DNA from: Octopus bimaculoides
Lineage: Eukaryota
Length of the DNA: 40,640 nt
Reading direction: 5' to 3'
NCBI RefSeq assembly: GCF_001194135.2
Contig: NC_068987.1
Span: 46,311,323 to 46,351,962 of the forward strand
Positions 36,860-40,640 of this stretch are shown here, piece after piece (positions within the stretch are counted from its first letter, which is position 1; each line of letters starts with the position of its first letter). Position numbers and translations under genes: made by a program. The notes below the pieces were generated by a model. That model worked only from the letters and a program-made list of their open reading frames with translations. It searched no databases and was not told where the DNA came from.

Positions 36860-37885
36860 GGACTCAGTTTACTCAAGTGCTTGTGGATCATTTATGATGC
36901 GTTTTTTTGAGTGGACGGCACCACAAAACCACAAAACCACAAAACCACAATGACAGGTACGGTTTCCGTTTAGAGGAGCAGCGTTTTGCCACCTTGCTTT
37001 CATGCTTGCATGAAGTTGGTCCCGATTCTGGAATCGACTTTGCTCAACTCTTTGAATGCAAAAAAAGGGACGCAGGGCTGGCGCCAGATTCTGCGTTCTG
37101 ATGCTTTGTTTTCCCAGGAAGAAAAGGGAATGTTGCATCGCTTCAAATTGTCTTTTAGTTTGTCTTTGAAGCGCAAGAATGGCCTTACAACTGACTTTCC
37201 TGTTGGGAACTAACCAAAGATTTGTTTCGGAATTCTGATATCACTCATACGTGAGAGAAGACCTGACCATCTAAGTTGTAATTTGATGGGGATGGATTCA
37301 ATACCTGATATGTTGCATTCTGTTAATACCTCACTGTTATGAATATGGTCACTCGGTTTTATGTTGGAGATAGTATGCAAACATCGCATATGAAAACCGT
37401 CAAGCTGGTTGATGTGCTTTCGGTACAGAGTCCAAGATTCAGTGCCATAAAGCAATGCTGTCAAGACCACAGACTTATATACATCGACTTTCAACTTCAA
37501 CGATACGTCGTAGCTGTTCCAAAGCCTGTGATAAAGCTTATCGAAAGCGGATGGAGCCTTCCCGATTCTGGACTCTTTATCCATCTGAGCACCATTGGAC
37601 AGAATGGAACCATGATAAGTGAAGGAGAAAACAATTTTTAATGCTTTCCCATCAACATATGCTGTAGGGGTAAAAGCTGGAAGATAGTCACGAATGGGCT
37701 GATGGACAAGCTCAGTTTTCTTGATGATGATGGTCGGACCAAAATCCTTCCTTGCACGTAAGAAGTTGTTTAGAATCCATTGCATGTCCTCAAGAGTGTG
37801 TGCTACAAGTGCACAATCGTCTGCGAAGAGCAAATTTCGAACTGTTTGCATCAAAGTCTTAGTTTTTGTTAATGTGTTCAAAGCA
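36860..37885 (-). mobile_element. 5'-truncated RTE-clade LINE (RT C-terminus to 3' end)
   Basis: ORF 37881-37210: LLFADDCAL, FTYHGS, LLYGTESW, QLRWSG; it continues after a stop into RFKDKLK..W and a decayed C-terminal Cys motif. Confidence 0.9.
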
Positions 37886-38266
37886 TATTTAATTCTCTAT
37901 ATTTAATACTCAATATTTCATATATTCAATAAGACATTCAATACTTCATTTCATTTTACTATTTATATTATATTATATATTCCATATTCTATATCCCACA
38001 TTAATTTTATAAGAATATAAATAAACATAAAAAACAGACAGAGCTGGAACTCTTTTAAATAATTTATATATATACACACATATATACNNNNNNNNNNNNN
38101 NNNNNNNNNNNNNNNNNNNNNNNNNNNNNNNNNNNNNNNNNNNNNNNNNNNNNNNNNNNNNNNNNNNNNNNNNNNNNNNNNNNNNNNNNNNNNNNNNNNN
38201 NNNNNNNNNNNNNNNNNNNNNNNNNNNNNNNNNNNNNNNNNNNNNNNNNNNNNNNTATATATAATC

Positions 38267-38445
38267 TTTTACTTCCTTCAGCCACTGAACGATTTAGTCG
38301 AACAAGTAGACCCCAGTGTTTATCTTTATAAGTCTGGTAATTATTTGATCGGTCGCTTTTGCCAAATTGCTAGTTTATGAGGACGTAAATGAACGCCGGT
38401 CGACAAGAAGTGGGAAGGCAAACACAAACGCAATGGCACCCACAC
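38267..38445 (-). mobile_element. Family-1 SINE 3' fragment
   Basis: TTTAGTCGAACAAGTAGACCCCAG..TTTTGCCAAATTGCTAG is the rc of the 3390-3500 type. Confidence 0.6.
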
Positions 38446-38447
38446 AC

Positions 38448-38482
<35 letters not shown>

Positions 38483-38759
38483 TGCTTATGTGTGCCTCTG
38501 TGTGTGCCTCTGTGTGCGTGTGTGTCTGTCTGTGTGTGTGTGTCTGTGTCTGTGTCTGAGGTGAAAAATGGAAATTCTCTTATGACAGTCCAGCAGATTG
38601 GTCAAACATGTGCATAACTCGCTGTCCTTAGCAGTATATTTCAGTTAATAACGTGTTATAATTATCCTTTAGAAGAACGAAACTTTTTGAGAGGGTTTTT
38701 AAATAAATGGTGTCGGTAATAACCATTCACTCCCTCTCTATCTCTAGGACAGAGATGGA

Positions 38760-39050
38760 CCTACCAATCTCTCCTGTCACAACTCTGGGACATGTGGTTA
38801 GAACGCCGCATGAAAGAACCTGAAGGCGGATCCTTGAAGCCGAATCAACCGGCAGGTGACCTAGGGCTAGACCAAGAACGAGATGGTTGAATGATATACA
38901 TAATCTCAATTGGTTACGCTTTGGAATCCAACCGGAAAGTAATTACGGTTACTTCAGATAGGACCCAATGGATGAGTTGCCTGAGGACTCTATCTCCACG
39001 ATCCTTTCAAAAATAGTCTGCGGAGAAGATGGATGAATGGATTATCTATG
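38760..39050 (+). mobile_element. RTE-like LINE extreme 3' fragment
   Basis: Translates to LGHVVR..RRILEAESTGR*PRARPRTRWLNDI..DRTQW, the usual RTE C-terminal pattern. Confidence 0.7.
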
Positions 39051-39219
39051 TTGGATTGGCTTCGGAGAGAAAAACCACAGGAAAAGCTAAATATGCTTTC
39101 CTTGTAAAACCCGAAATTCCTTGAGAGAAATGTACCGTTCAGGCTGCAGGAATGACGTTTTTTATATCAGGCATAGTGGGTGCAAGAGACTCATCTTTCC
39201 CTTATCTATAGTATCAACT

Positions 39220-39520
39220 CTCATTGCGTTGCTCACTGAGAAACATTGAATCTAAAAGAAACAGTGCGAAAGGAAGAGTAGACTCAACTTGAGAGACTGT
39301 CTCATTATGTTGTAAAGTGCTTCAATTACATGCAAATGAATCCAAAACAAGCTTTCAGATACTTTCTTGCTACATCCACCAGTTCCGGTTTTTAAGGCTT
39401 CAGAAGGAGATCCTTCCAATTCTGAGAGAGACGACCAGTTGAAGGAAATTTTAGTTCATTGATGTTATTACAGTGAATTATTCCAGTGCATCTGCCTCAT
39501 ACGAAGTAAAGGGCAGATTT
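39220..39520 (-). mobile_element. Possible hAT (Charlie-like) transposase C-terminal remnant
   Basis: rc: W..LL..*KPELVDVARKYL and, after a frameshift, QVESTLPFAL...SEQ; weak resemblance to the hAT dimerisation domain. Confidence 0.3.
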
Positions 39521-39600
39521 TAGGATACCCGGGGTGCGAAGTTTGATGTTATTATGCAAGTGAATCATTAGAACTGATTACGGAAGTGGTGAGCATGAGT

Positions 39601-39653
<53 letters not shown>

Positions 39654-40139
39654 CGTGTGTGTGTGTGCGTGTGTGTGTGTGTGTATCACCCTCATGGACG
39701 TCAATATTACCACTATCACCAAACCACCACCACCGATTCCACCTCCACCATCATCCCAACCATCACCATCATCATCACCACTATCACCACTATCACCACC
39801 CTCACCAACGTCACCACTACCATCATCATCACCACCTCCACCACCATCATCACCACCTCCACCACCATCATTACCGACGCCACCATCATCACAAACATCA
39901 CCACCACTACCACCAACAACAACCGTTAGCCACTACCTTGATCCTCACCGTCACCTCCACCTTTTCCATGATCACGAACGACAACAGGAACCAAAATGTT
40001 TTAGTGATTGACAAGTCATTAGTTGAACAGGTGCGATTTTATAAATCTACCTAAAGGCAATTGTATTTATGTTGATGTTGTTGTTGAATAGCTCTGGTCA
40101 GACCAACGGATATTCTATAACTGCCATATATTATGTTAA

Positions 40140-40455
40140 TCTATATATATAAAAATGAGAATGTGTGTCTGTCTGTCTATCTGTGTGTGTGTGTGAATCC
40201 CTAAAACTCGAGAACTACGCAACCAATTTCATTCAACTTTTACACATGCCTTAATTAGGGTTCCAGTTGTGTTTTAGTCAATCTTTAACTTCTTGCAGAG
40301 TTCGAGCCCACGGCAACATAATATCTCCTCCACTATTTAAGTATTACGTGTCAAAAGTGAAACAAAGACACTCATGTCAAATACTTTCACTTTAAAAATG
40401 AAACTATTCCACTAACTGAAACAATCACATTTCTATACTGTAATGACAGATACTT
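40140..40455 (+). mobile_element. Helitron-like non-autonomous element 5' portion
   Basis: A|TCTATATATATAAAAATG..(GTCT)n(GT)n start is characteristic of animal non-autonomous Helitrons; no CTAG 3' end seen. Confidence 0.55.
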
Positions 40456-40457
40456 TC

Positions 40458-40492
<35 letters not shown>

Positions 40493-40514
40493 AATAGAGA
40501 GAGAGAGAAAGAGA

Positions 40515-40550
<36 letters not shown>

Positions 40551-40640
40551 TGTATATGTATACATATAGATGTATATGTACACGTATATGTATAGATATA
40601 TATATAGATATAGATCTATATGCATACATGTATATGTATA
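40458..40640. repeat. (GA)n followed by (TA)/(TGTA) microsatellite
   Basis: Seen directly. Confidence 0.95.

Overview
AT-rich animal DNA, almost entirely repeats, with nine assembly gaps and very dense microsatellites. The SINE/LINE/transposon mix looks like an octopus (cephalopod) genome; this is inference from repeat recognition, not a database result. No intact host gene is supportable, and nearly all listed ORFs are microsatellite or N-gap artefacts or decayed transposon ORFs. Recognisable elements: three mariner (DD34D-type) elements, two Tc1 (DD34E-type) elements with long IR/DR ends, three Penelope-like element (PLE) remnants, a Dong/R4-like fragment beside (AAT)n, two RTE fragments, a Helitron-like 5' end, hAT/pogo remnants, a ~1 kb foldback MITE and many tRNA-derived SINEs. 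The most interesting signals are (i) several minimal type I hammerhead ribozyme motifs of the kind carried by PLE terminal repeats, one with a non-canonical CUGUUGA core and one with an expanded stem II nested inside a SINE; (ii) a 1.4 kb A-tailed element that encodes only a zinc-knuckle ORF1-like protein and no RT; and (iii) a four-layer nested insertion stack at 8.9-13.2 kb whose junctions can be read from the sequence.
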